This document shows, piece after piece, positions 56,290-64,000 of a DNA stretch of 64,000 bases. Source of the stretch: an uncultured Clostridia bacterium (GTDB lineage: Bacteria > Bacillota > Clostridia > Christensenellales > UBA3700); contig CAOKSY010000001.1 of the NCBI GenBank assembly GCA_948471525.1, positions 156,080 to 220,079 on the forward strand, in the 5' to 3' direction. The notes beneath the pieces were generated by a model. That model did no database searches, was not told the origin of the DNA, and was given only the letters and a program-made list of their open reading frames with translations. Both the position numbers and the translations under genes were made by a program. How positions within the stretch are numbered: the first letter of the stretch is position 1; each line of letters begins with the position of its first letter.

Positions 56290-56335
56290 CAATAAAAGAA
56301 AAGTACGAAATTCCGATCAAAGGGTTTCGTACTTT
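56290..56335 (-). terminator. Terminator of the 56.4-64 kb surface-protein operon
   Basis: Minus strand AAAGTACGAAA-14 nt-TTTCGTACTTT followed by TCTTTTATTGTT. Confidence 0.7.
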
Positions 56336-56353
56336 TCGAGCGAGTCACCGATA

Positions 56354-59300
56354 TTATTTATTTGAACTGAAAGACTTGAGATCGCCCGTATCCGCAATAC
56401 CTTTAGCAGAAGAAGCAACCGTCTGATTTTCTGCATTCCCTTCTCCCGGATCGACGTGGTCGGGATTCTCAGGGTCAACAGAATCGGGGTCAACGGGATC
56501 GGGACTGTCCGGATCGGGATTCTCGGGTTCGACAGGGTCGGGATCGACTGGATCGGTCGACTTCGTCCATTTTGCGGTAAGTATCATATCCCCTATACTG
56601 CCCTCGCTAATCTGCGTTATGATTTGACCGTCCTGATCTACCCATCCTGCAAATGCATATCCCTTGCGCGTAGGCTCTTTTAAAATAATCTCATCTATGA
56701 CGGTATAACGGTCGGGGTTGTCGTTGATAACGTCGTCGTCAACGACATATTCGATAGAATACTCGATCAATTCCCACTTAGCCATTACAAATCTATTGCC
56801 GATAGATCCTTTCTTCAAAGTAAACTCGGCTGTGACAATACTTTCGTCGCTGACTTCATACCAACCGACAAGTCTATATCCCGCATTGATTACGATATTT
56901 TCGACAACGCTGCTTCCCGTCGAAATCGAATAAGTCGCCGCCTCGCCGTCGACGATAGCTATGACGATATCCTCGCTGTCAATATCGAACTTTATCACGA
57001 CAGGCTCTGCGTCTTCATCCTTGATCTCGAATATGCTGAGTTCATACGTAATAGCCTTCCACACTGCCGTGAACGTCAAATCGCCCGTAGTGTTTTGCGC
57101 GATAACGCCGCCTTCCAACCAACCTTCGAATATGTATCCGGCGCGTGTAGGATCGTAGATCTTGATATCGTCGTCGGACATTTGATATTCGTCGGGATTG
57201 TTGGGAGAATTGGTTCCGCCGTTCAATATATAATCGATCTTGTAGGTAACGATCTCCCATTGCGCTACAAACGTCAAATTGCCTTGGCTGCCCTTTTTGA
57301 CTGTGATAGGCTTCGTCGCCGTATTTATCTCCATTTCTTGGCACAGCCAACCGATGAACCGATACCCTTCCTTCTTCGGATCTTTCAACGTAAAATCATC
57401 GGAATCCTTCATATAGCTTCCCGGATTGCCGGCACCGTTTTGTCCGCCGTCTAAATTATACGTTATGGTATAATTTATGCCCGTCCACCGAGCAGTAAAA
57501 GTCTTGTCGCCTATACTGCCGGCAGGGATACAGTTGCCTTCCAGCCATCCCTCGAAGGTGCTGCCTTCTTTTACGGGATCGGGAATATATATTGTATCGT
57601 CCTTAACAGTATAATAGGTTAATTTGAATCCGTTTTTAAAATCGCCGCCGTTTGTTTGAATTTCTACGGAATATTTAATACAATCCCAAGTCGCAATATA
57701 TATTTTATCGCCCGTGCTTCCTGCGGTGATGGGGGAATCTCCTTTCCAACCTGTGAAATTATATCCCCTTTTTGTAGGATTGGATAAACTAATATCTCCG
57801 CTCAAGTAGGTATAATAAGATGGATTATACGGAGAATTGACTCCTCCGTTGAGATCGTAAGTAACGAAATATTTTTCAAGTTCCCATTGTGCAAACAGCT
57901 TAATTTCCGACAGATCCGTCTCGGGCACCGTATACGGCGATTGCAATTCGTAGATAAGCGATCCGTCAGGCACGGCGCTCCAACCCACACATTTATATCC
58001 CGTTTTGACGAATTCACAGTCGGGCAAAACTATCTGCTCTGCACAGGACGTCTCTATAGCGTCCACGTTACCGCCATCGTTGCCGTTGCCTGCAAAAATC
58101 ATGGTTACGGGATTTGCAGTCCAGACAGCATATAATCTTATAAAAGTATTTTTGGCGGGAACGCTGTACGTAGAATCAAATGCAAAGAATTCTCCCGAGC
58201 CGTCAGCCATTGTACTCCAACCGCTCAAAGAATATCCCTTCCTGTCGAACGTATAGTCTCTCAGCGAAATCATATCGTCCGTAGCGGTAACAAGTTCAAT
58301 CGCCTGACCGCCGCCTCCATTGGATTCAAAAATAACGTTGTTGGAGCGCGGTATCCAATATGCAAAAATCTCCGAAACGTCTTCTCCCAAATCGGACAAA
58401 CTCACCGGTCGCATATTGTGATCCAAGTACATCTTGCCCTGACCGCTCTCGCGAGAAAAATATCCCCCGAAAGTATAGCCTACCTTTGAAGGCGCGATCG
58501 CCGACGGGAAATTAGCCCCGTACGTCACCTCGACGTAATTAGTTCCGCCTTTGCCGCCCGACTTATTTAAATTCACGGTGACGTTTTTCGGCGTCCAAAC
58601 CGCGTACAGAAAGACTTCGCCGTCAGACTGATCGCAGAGATTCAAGACTTTCTGCATATCGTCAAAATAATTGCCCGGTCCGTCCTTAACGTCGCTCCAA
58701 GCGACGAAGCGGTAACCGTATCTCATAAATCCGTTGGGCAATAAATCCTGCTCCGTATCGTAAATATGCGTTTGCGAGATGCGCTCGCCATCCGTTCCGC
58801 TGTCAAAATATACCGTATATCTATTGGCGATCCAGCAAGCGTAAAGCACGACCCCGTCGTCGCTGACAGGCATTACAAACTTATCTCCGCAAGAATACGC
58901 GTCTCCGCTGCCGTCTGCTTTTGTATTCCACGCGACGAAAGTATATCCCGTGCGGGAAAATCCGCACTCGGGCAAAATTATATCTTGAGAAGTCGACGTC
59001 TCTATATACGCGGTGCCGCCGCTTGTACTTCCGTTGCCGTCAAAGGACAGTTTGTTGCGGGCCTCCACCCAATTTGCATATAAGACAGTGTCAGAAGGCA
59101 GACAGTATTTTCTGCAACTGTGCATTACCGAGTCATAATACTTCACTCCCTTGCCGTCAGTCTGAGTAAAAAATCCGTCGAAAAGATATCCGACTTTGCT
59201 CGGGATCTTAAAAGTAGGCAGGTTGTCGTCGTAGATCGCCGTAACTTTATCCGTCTCCGCTTCGCCGCCCTGAAGATCCAGACTTACCGTATATCTATTG

Positions 59301-59839
59301 GGCTGCCAACATGCAAACAGAGTTACGGTATCAATGCTGTCCGTATAAAACCAACCGCCGTCTTTATTTTTCACGTTTCCGTCGGACACATCCGCCCATC
59401 CGATAAAAGTATAGCCTTCGCGGCTGAACTCATTGGGCGGCAGCTTAAATACCGAGCCGCTCTCCGCATACAGATCGCTCATAGCCCCCGAAGTACTGCC
59501 ATTGCCCTCAAAACGGATCTTGGTCTTTTCCTTTTCCCATTTTGCATAAAAAACTTTATCGGTCTCGACGATCGAATCGAAATCGACGGCCTGATCGCCG
59601 CCGGCTTCATAAAACCAATCTACGAAAACGTATCCCTCGCGTACGGGATCTTCGGGTCTGCCGATCTTTCCGCTTTTCTCATCGCTTTGCAATACAAACG
59701 ACTCTTCTTCGCCTACTACAAACGTCACGTCGTATATCGGATAACGCTCTTCCTCTTCCAATTTTGAACAAGCGGCAAACAAAGCGCATAACAAAAGAAT
59801 ACACAACGTCATAATTACCGTCGCTCTAATTTTTTTCAT
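56354..59839 (-). CDS. Large lipoprotein (1,161 aa) built from Listeria-Bacteroides (Flg_new) repeats with D/P-rich C-terminal tail
   Basis: MKKIRATVIMTLCILLLCALFAACSK (lipobox). More than 12 repeats of the GY.F.GW...(L/F)YA.W type. Tail DPVDPDPVEPENPDPDSPDPVDPDSVDPENPDHVDPGEG. Overlaps the upstream gene by 14 nt. Confidence 0.85.
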   Translation of the reverse strand: MKKIRATVIMTLCILLLCALFAACSKLEEEERYPIYDVTFVVGEEESFVLQSDEKSGKIGRPEDPVREGYVFVDWFYEAGGDQAVDFDSIVETDKVFYAKWEKEKTKIRFEGNGSTSGAMSDLYAESGSVFKLPPNEFSREGYTFIGWADVSDGNVKNKDGGWFYTDSIDTVTLFACWQPNRYTVSLDLQGGEAETDKVTAIYDDNLPTFKIPSKVGYLFDGFFTQTDGKGVKYYDSVMHSCRKYCLPSDTVLYANWVEARNKLSFDGNGSTSGGTAYIETSTSQDIILPECGFSRTGYTFVAWNTKADGSGDAYSCGDKFVMPVSDDGVVLYACWIANRYTVYFDSGTDGERISQTHIYDTEQDLLPNGFMRYGYRFVAWSDVKDGPGNYFDDMQKVLNLCDQSDGEVFLYAVWTPKNVTVNLNKSGGKGGTNYVEVTYGANFPSAIAPSKVGYTFGGYFSRESGQGKMYLDHNMRPVSLSDLGEDVSEIFAYWIPRSNNVIFESNGGGGQAIELVTATDDMISLRDYTFDRKGYSLSGWSTMADGSGEFFAFDSTYSVPAKNTFIRLYAVWTANPVTMIFAGNGNDGGNVDAIETSCAEQIVLPDCEFVKTGYKCVGWSAVPDGSLIYELQSPYTVPETDLSEIKLFAQWELEKYFVTYDLNGGVNSPYNPSYYTYLSGDISLSNPTKRGYNFTGWKGDSPITAGSTGDKIYIATWDCIKYSVEIQTNGGDFKNGFKLTYYTVKDDTIYIPDPVKEGSTFEGWLEGNCIPAGSIGDKTFTARWTGINYTITYNLDGGQNGAGNPGSYMKDSDDFTLKDPKKEGYRFIGWLCQEMEINTATKPITVKKGSQGNLTFVAQWEIVTYKIDYILNGGTNSPNNPDEYQMSDDDIKIYDPTRAGYIFEGWLEGGVIAQNTTGDLTFTAVWKAITYELSIFEIKDEDAEPVVIKFDIDSEDIVIAIVDGEAATYSISTGSSVVENIVINAGYRLVGWYEVSDESIVTAEFTLKKGSIGNRFVMAKWELIEYSIEYVVDDDVINDNPDRYTVIDEIILKEPTRKGYAFAGWVDQDGQIITQISEGSIGDMILTAKWTKSTDPVDPDPVEPENPDPDSPDPVDPDSVDPENPDHVDPGEGNAENQTVASSAKGIADTGDLKSFSSNK

Positions 59840-62800
59840 TTGCAGCCTCCTTTGCTCTGTCCATCAATTCTTTATATTCTAGCGAACCTATGCGATAGCG
59901 TTTTCCTCTCCAATACGCTACGCTTTTAGGTTTTGCCTCGGTTAAAAGCAACGCGTATTCGTCTCCTGCGCAAACTCTCTCTTGCTTTGACACCGTCTTG
60001 ATATCGAGACTTTTTATAAACCAATCGAACGATATGCACCGCACTCCGTCAAATATGAATTCTCCGCCGTCGGACGTATTTTTATCCGAACCCTGCGTCT
60101 GTTCTATAACTCTATCTTCCTCGATAAGGTCGGCTGCCGATTCGTCGGTCGCAACCGCGCTTTCTTTTTTCTCGGTCGCGGTCAATGCGACGTCGGTCGC
60201 CGAAATAGGCAGAGCCTGTACGTTCGTTTGCTCGGACGGAACGCGATCAAGACGTCGACGTCTTCTATAGACGAAGACCGCCAATACAACGACCGTTATC
60301 GACGCGATCGCTCCCGCAACGCCCAAGATTATCCACAGCGCCGTAAGATCCCTGTCTGCCAATACTGCGAATTCGATAACGTCTTGCGCCGAGAATACTA
60401 TCCTGCCTTCCGCAAATTCAAAATCTACGGCGAATACTTCGCCCGATGAATTTTTACACAGCACCTTTATACCTTCGGCTTTCTGTGCGACAGGTACGGA
60501 AAACTCTGCTTTTCCGCCGCCGAATCCTACCCGATAAGCAATTAGTCTTCTCTTGCCGGATTCTTTTAAAGTCGACTTTTTCAATGAATCCAAAGTAAGT
60601 CGCAAAAGCGAATTGGGCGCGTCTTTGTTGACGGCGACGATTCCGCTGGACGGATCTTCGTATATCATTTGAGCGACGTATACGGTCGCTTGCAACGTAT
60701 CATTATCAAGCGGCAAGTAATTGTCGGAATCTACCGTAAATTTTGCCGTAACCTTATATTCTCCTATATCGGTAAAGACATTGTTTTGATATATTACGTT
60801 TACACCTATAGGCAGATCTCCGTCTATCTCTATACGCTTGATTTCTCCGTCATATCCCAGCGTGCGCGAGCCGAACGAGACAGAATCAATATCGAATTGG
60901 GCTTTGTCGATATCGTACGATATAGAGGCTTCTGCCAGCGAATAATTTGCATTCACCGAATTGTCTGCCAAAGATACTTTGACGGTATAGGCGTTGCCTT
61001 TGCTTGCGTTGATATTTGCGGAATAATCGGACAGTTTAAATATAATCTCTTCCTCTCCTATCAATCCGTGTTCTATATAAAATGCAGGATATTGAGGCAA
61101 ACCGCTGTAAGTCAATACGCTGTCCCACCAAGCGATTGCGAGCGGAGCTTTTTGGATAAAATATCCGTGACTTTCCGCCGCGAATTCATAGTTGGAATTT
61201 GCCTGCGTATCCGCAAGATCTACCGTGACCGTATATCCGTCCGAACTGTTGGCTGCGACGTTGTTTGCATATCCGAAATAATCGAAGACGATTTCATCTC
61301 CCTCTATTTTTCCGCTGCAAACTTCTGCCTTAGGATACTGCGCAAAACCGTTGTAATATAACGCTGTATCTTCCCATTCGATCGCGATCGGACGCTTGGA
61401 AATAACGTAGATATGAGTATCTCCTGCAAAGCTGTAATTTCTATTGATAGGCGTATCTTCCAAAAACGCCGTGACTTTTTGCTCGCCGGCATTTATATTA
61501 TCTTCGCCTTCGTATCTAAAAGTAATCTCCTCGTCACCGACTTGTCCCGTCGATACGAAAGCAACGGGTCTCTGCGGCGCGCCGTTGTAGACAAGTTCCT
61601 CGCTTGTCCAGTCCACAGAGATCTCCGCCTGCAGTATCTCAAAATTCAGTCGGGTATCGGGAAGAGTGTAATTTGCGTTTTGGGGATTATCCGTCAAGAT
61701 TGCAATGATAGAATATTCGCCCGCATTTACGGCAATTGGATCATTATAATCGAACGTAACCGTTTCGCCGTACGCCAGACCGTCCGTCACGTTGAGCTTA
61801 GGCATATGCGCTTCGCCGTCGTATACAAATTCCCGTCTGTCCCATTCGACGGTAAGCACCGATGGTTTTATAGTAAAAGATTTGACGGCGTTACCCGAAA
61901 GAGAATTGAGAAAGGCGATCTCTATTTGCGCCTCCCCTGTATTGACGTTGTCTATATAAGTAGCCGTATAATCGGATTGATATTCTAGCAAAATATCCCC
62001 GTAATAGATATCCGCCGTATGTTCCGTTCCGTCGTACACAAACGACGTCTTGCCGAGAGAAACGTCTGCAGAGCTCAACTGCGTTCGCTCCAAAAAGCTT
62101 ATATTACCCGATATCGAGGGCAGCGCATCAAAAAAATACGTAAGCTGAGGATAATAACAATTCTGCTCTTCAACGGAGTTTTTGGTCCATACGTCAGGAT
62201 CCGAATCCGTGAGTTTCTTCAGTTTATCTTCCGCAGTCAAAACGTTGGAATGGGATAATATCCGCGTAGAAAAACCCGCGGAGTCCTCTGCCGCTATGCC
62301 GTTGAGAAGCGCGCCGTCGAATATGGAGTTGTCGAAAAAAGCCGCTCTTACTATACCGAGATTGTATCCGCATACTGCGGCGACGTCGCCCGCGCCCGAG
62401 ACTTTTGCGGCGCTCAAAGCGTACGCTGCAGTTCCGCTCGCGTCGTTATATCCCGTTATGCCGCCCGCAGTCCCGTTGACCGATTCTACGTTGCCGGAAT
62501 TGAATACGTTGAGTATCGAGCCGTAATTGCTGCCGACGATCCCGCCGGCATTTGCTTTGCCGGATACCCTTCCGCCGTTGAGACATATCTCTACCGTTCC
62601 TTGCGACGAATTGTTGCCTACTATCCCGCCGATAACGGAATCCGAGGTATAAAGATCGGCGGTATTATAACATTCCTTGATCGATCCTATATTGCTGCCC
62701 GCTATACCGGCGACAAAATTGACGAACCCTGCCGCTATATCGGCGGTATTTCCCGACCGAACTATACTGCCCGAGTTATAGCCTGCAATGCCGCCCAAAT

Positions 62801-63350
62801 GCATAGAACCGTCTTTTGCGTCGACGGCAACGCTGTTGACGCAATTTTGGATTTTTGCTTGATTATATCCGACTATACCGCCAGTATAATTACTGCCTTT
62901 TACGACGCCGTTGACGGTAAAATCTGTCAAAACGGCATTAAAGTGCGTATTGCCGAAGAGTCCTACGCGCTCGGTATCTTCTTTATCTATATACAGCCCG
63001 TTGATAGAATGTCCGTTGCCGTCGAAAGTACCTTTAAAAGGATAAGTCGACGTGCCGATAGGTATCCATCCTGCGCCGCGGTCCGACTCTCTGCATATGT
63101 CGCCGATGTCTATATCGTCCGTCAGCAATATAGTGATACCGTAATAACCGTCGTAAAGTCCTTTGTTGACTTCGTCCGCCAATGCGAGAAGATCGGCGGG
63201 CGTGTTGATCTCATGCGTTGAAGCAAAAGTCTGCGCGCTTGCGCGGTATGCGACTTCGCCGCGAAGACCGTAGATCCCCGCGACAAATATTGCGCATACC
63301 AAAACAAGGCACATTATAAAAATTTTTCTATTACCGATTGCCCGACGCAT
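59826..63350 (-). CDS. Large surface protein (1,174 aa): six GLUG motifs, five or more MBG (YDG/YNG) repeats, TM anchor, 141-aa cytoplasmic tail
   Basis: Signal/anchor KIFIMCLVLVCAIFVAGIYG. GGIVGYN, GGIAGYNSG, AGIAGSNIG, GGIVGNN, GGIVGSNYG, GGITGYN. FVYDGTEH / FVYDGEAH / LVYNGAPQ repeats. TM LWIILGVAGAIASITVVVLAVFVY + RRRRR. RBS AGGAA. Confidence 0.85.
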   Translation of the reverse strand: MRRAIGNRKIFIMCLVLVCAIFVAGIYGLRGEVAYRASAQTFASTHEINTPADLLALADEVNKGLYDGYYGITILLTDDIDIGDICRESDRGAGWIPIGTSTYPFKGTFDGNGHSINGLYIDKEDTERVGLFGNTHFNAVLTDFTVNGVVKGSNYTGGIVGYNQAKIQNCVNSVAVDAKDGSMHLGGIAGYNSGSIVRSGNTADIAAGFVNFVAGIAGSNIGSIKECYNTADLYTSDSVIGGIVGNNSSQGTVEICLNGGRVSGKANAGGIVGSNYGSILNVFNSGNVESVNGTAGGITGYNDASGTAAYALSAAKVSGAGDVAAVCGYNLGIVRAAFFDNSIFDGALLNGIAAEDSAGFSTRILSHSNVLTAEDKLKKLTDSDPDVWTKNSVEEQNCYYPQLTYFFDALPSISGNISFLERTQLSSADVSLGKTSFVYDGTEHTADIYYGDILLEYQSDYTATYIDNVNTGEAQIEIAFLNSLSGNAVKSFTIKPSVLTVEWDRREFVYDGEAHMPKLNVTDGLAYGETVTFDYNDPIAVNAGEYSIIAILTDNPQNANYTLPDTRLNFEILQAEISVDWTSEELVYNGAPQRPVAFVSTGQVGDEEITFRYEGEDNINAGEQKVTAFLEDTPINRNYSFAGDTHIYVISKRPIAIEWEDTALYYNGFAQYPKAEVCSGKIEGDEIVFDYFGYANNVAANSSDGYTVTVDLADTQANSNYEFAAESHGYFIQKAPLAIAWWDSVLTYSGLPQYPAFYIEHGLIGEEEIIFKLSDYSANINASKGNAYTVKVSLADNSVNANYSLAEASISYDIDKAQFDIDSVSFGSRTLGYDGEIKRIEIDGDLPIGVNVIYQNNVFTDIGEYKVTAKFTVDSDNYLPLDNDTLQATVYVAQMIYEDPSSGIVAVNKDAPNSLLRLTLDSLKKSTLKESGKRRLIAYRVGFGGGKAEFSVPVAQKAEGIKVLCKNSSGEVFAVDFEFAEGRIVFSAQDVIEFAVLADRDLTALWIILGVAGAIASITVVVLAVFVYRRRRRLDRVPSEQTNVQALPISATDVALTATEKKESAVATDESAADLIEEDRVIEQTQGSDKNTSDGGEFIFDGVRCISFDWFIKSLDIKTVSKQERVCAGDEYALLLTEAKPKSVAYWRGKRYRIGSLEYKELMDRAKEAANEKN

Positions 63351-63398
63351 ATTGTTTCCTTTTGTATCTCTTTATTTTTCTGCCGTTGACCGTCCGCG

Positions 63399-64000
63399 TT
63401 ATTTAAGCGTAGGATACTGACCGTCGGTAAAGTTCCAGATTTCGGGGTCAAACTTAAGCGTATCGCGCTGCCAAGCCGCCGTCTTCATAACTTCTTCCGA
63501 CACAGCCGTAGATTTATCGGTATTTATACTCGGATTTGTCAAAGCCGCGGTATGATAGCAGTTCTGCAAAGTATAGTTTATAAGATCGGAGACTGCCACC
63601 GTGTCCATAAGATTTTGCTTTGTGCCCTCTTGCGAGATCTCCATCGTACCTGCGAAGAAACAATTCTTTACATAATGACTCGTAGACTCCATTTTGGATT
63701 GCAACAACGAAGAAATACCGCTCAAAGTACAGTCGCCTTTGATTACCCCCGCATACATAGATATATTGGAATAACACGACTCTATATCGGCGTTGCCGAA
63801 TCTTTTATACTCAAAACTGTCTTTTGTGCTTATCTGAGCGGCAATTCCCGCGATCGATATGTCAGTATAGTCGCTGACATTTGTACTTTTTATAGAGCCT
63901 GTCGCGTAGCAATTTTCTATCTTGCCGAATATATTAGTTCCCGAGATTCCTCCTGCGAAGAAATCACGAGAAATTCCCGACATTTCCATATTTACTTTTG
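63399..64000 (-). CDS. GLUG-motif surface protein, C-terminal part (N-terminus beyond right edge)
   Basis: The frame stays open to position 64000 (KVN precedes the ATG listed in the track). FAGGISGTNIFGKIENCYATGSI is GLUG-like. 48 nt upstream of the next GLUG gene. Confidence 0.7.
   Translation of the reverse strand, partial: KVNMEMSGISRDFFAGGISGTNIFGKIENCYATGSIKSTNVSDYTDISIAGIAAQISTKDSFEYKRFGNADIESCYSNISMYAGVIKGDCTLSGISSLLQSKMESTSHYVKNCFFAGTMEISQEGTKQNLMDTVAVSDLINYTLQNCYHTAALTNPSINTDKSTAVSEEVMKTAAWQRDTLKFDPEIWNFTDGQYPTLK

Overview
Window from a spore-forming Firmicute, judged from Clostridia-type markers (spoIIE, cwlD, secG-smpB). Almost every real gene is on the minus strand. Housekeeping content: ung, a short alaS, an ADH/thiamine diphosphokinase/HAD operon, an MGMT/rluA-family/mmcQ operon, metY-metA fused behind secG-smpB, phosphoglucomutase, tRNA-Ser(GGA), and a queD-queE-folE-queC-queF operon behind a preQ1-type leader. 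Accessory content: (i) two loci of giant surface proteins at 6.2-15.0 kb and 56.4-64 kb, where GLUG/MBG proteins with C-terminal TM anchors are paired with 1,161-1,688-aa lipoproteins. (ii) Two MacB-type fused ABC ATPase/permeases with very large ectodomains. (iii) A low-GC modular locus at 39.5-43.4 kb. It holds a secreted papain-fold cysteine peptidase and three membrane-anchored paralogues (two identical through a recent 850-bp-period tandem duplication). Each module sits behind a copy of one promoter, and two modules carry an orphan remnant of the peptidase 3' end. This is my best candidate for an undescribed system: a protease/partner or toxin/immunity-like cassette array. (iv) A composite, integrase-less low-GC island at tRNA-Ser (47.8-52.3 kb) with repeated att-like copies of the tRNA 3' end. 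It carries a TetR-coupled orphan acetolactate synthase and an FRG-domain/membrane-protein pair. (v) One IS200/IS605 copy at 55.6-56.3 kb. (vi) A ~155-nt nested inverted-repeat element overlapping the metA stop codon. I saw no CRISPR array, rRNA or phage structural genes. Many long ORFs in the supplied track are antisense shadows of real minus-strand genes and were rejected. All family calls rest on motif recognition by eye, not on searches.
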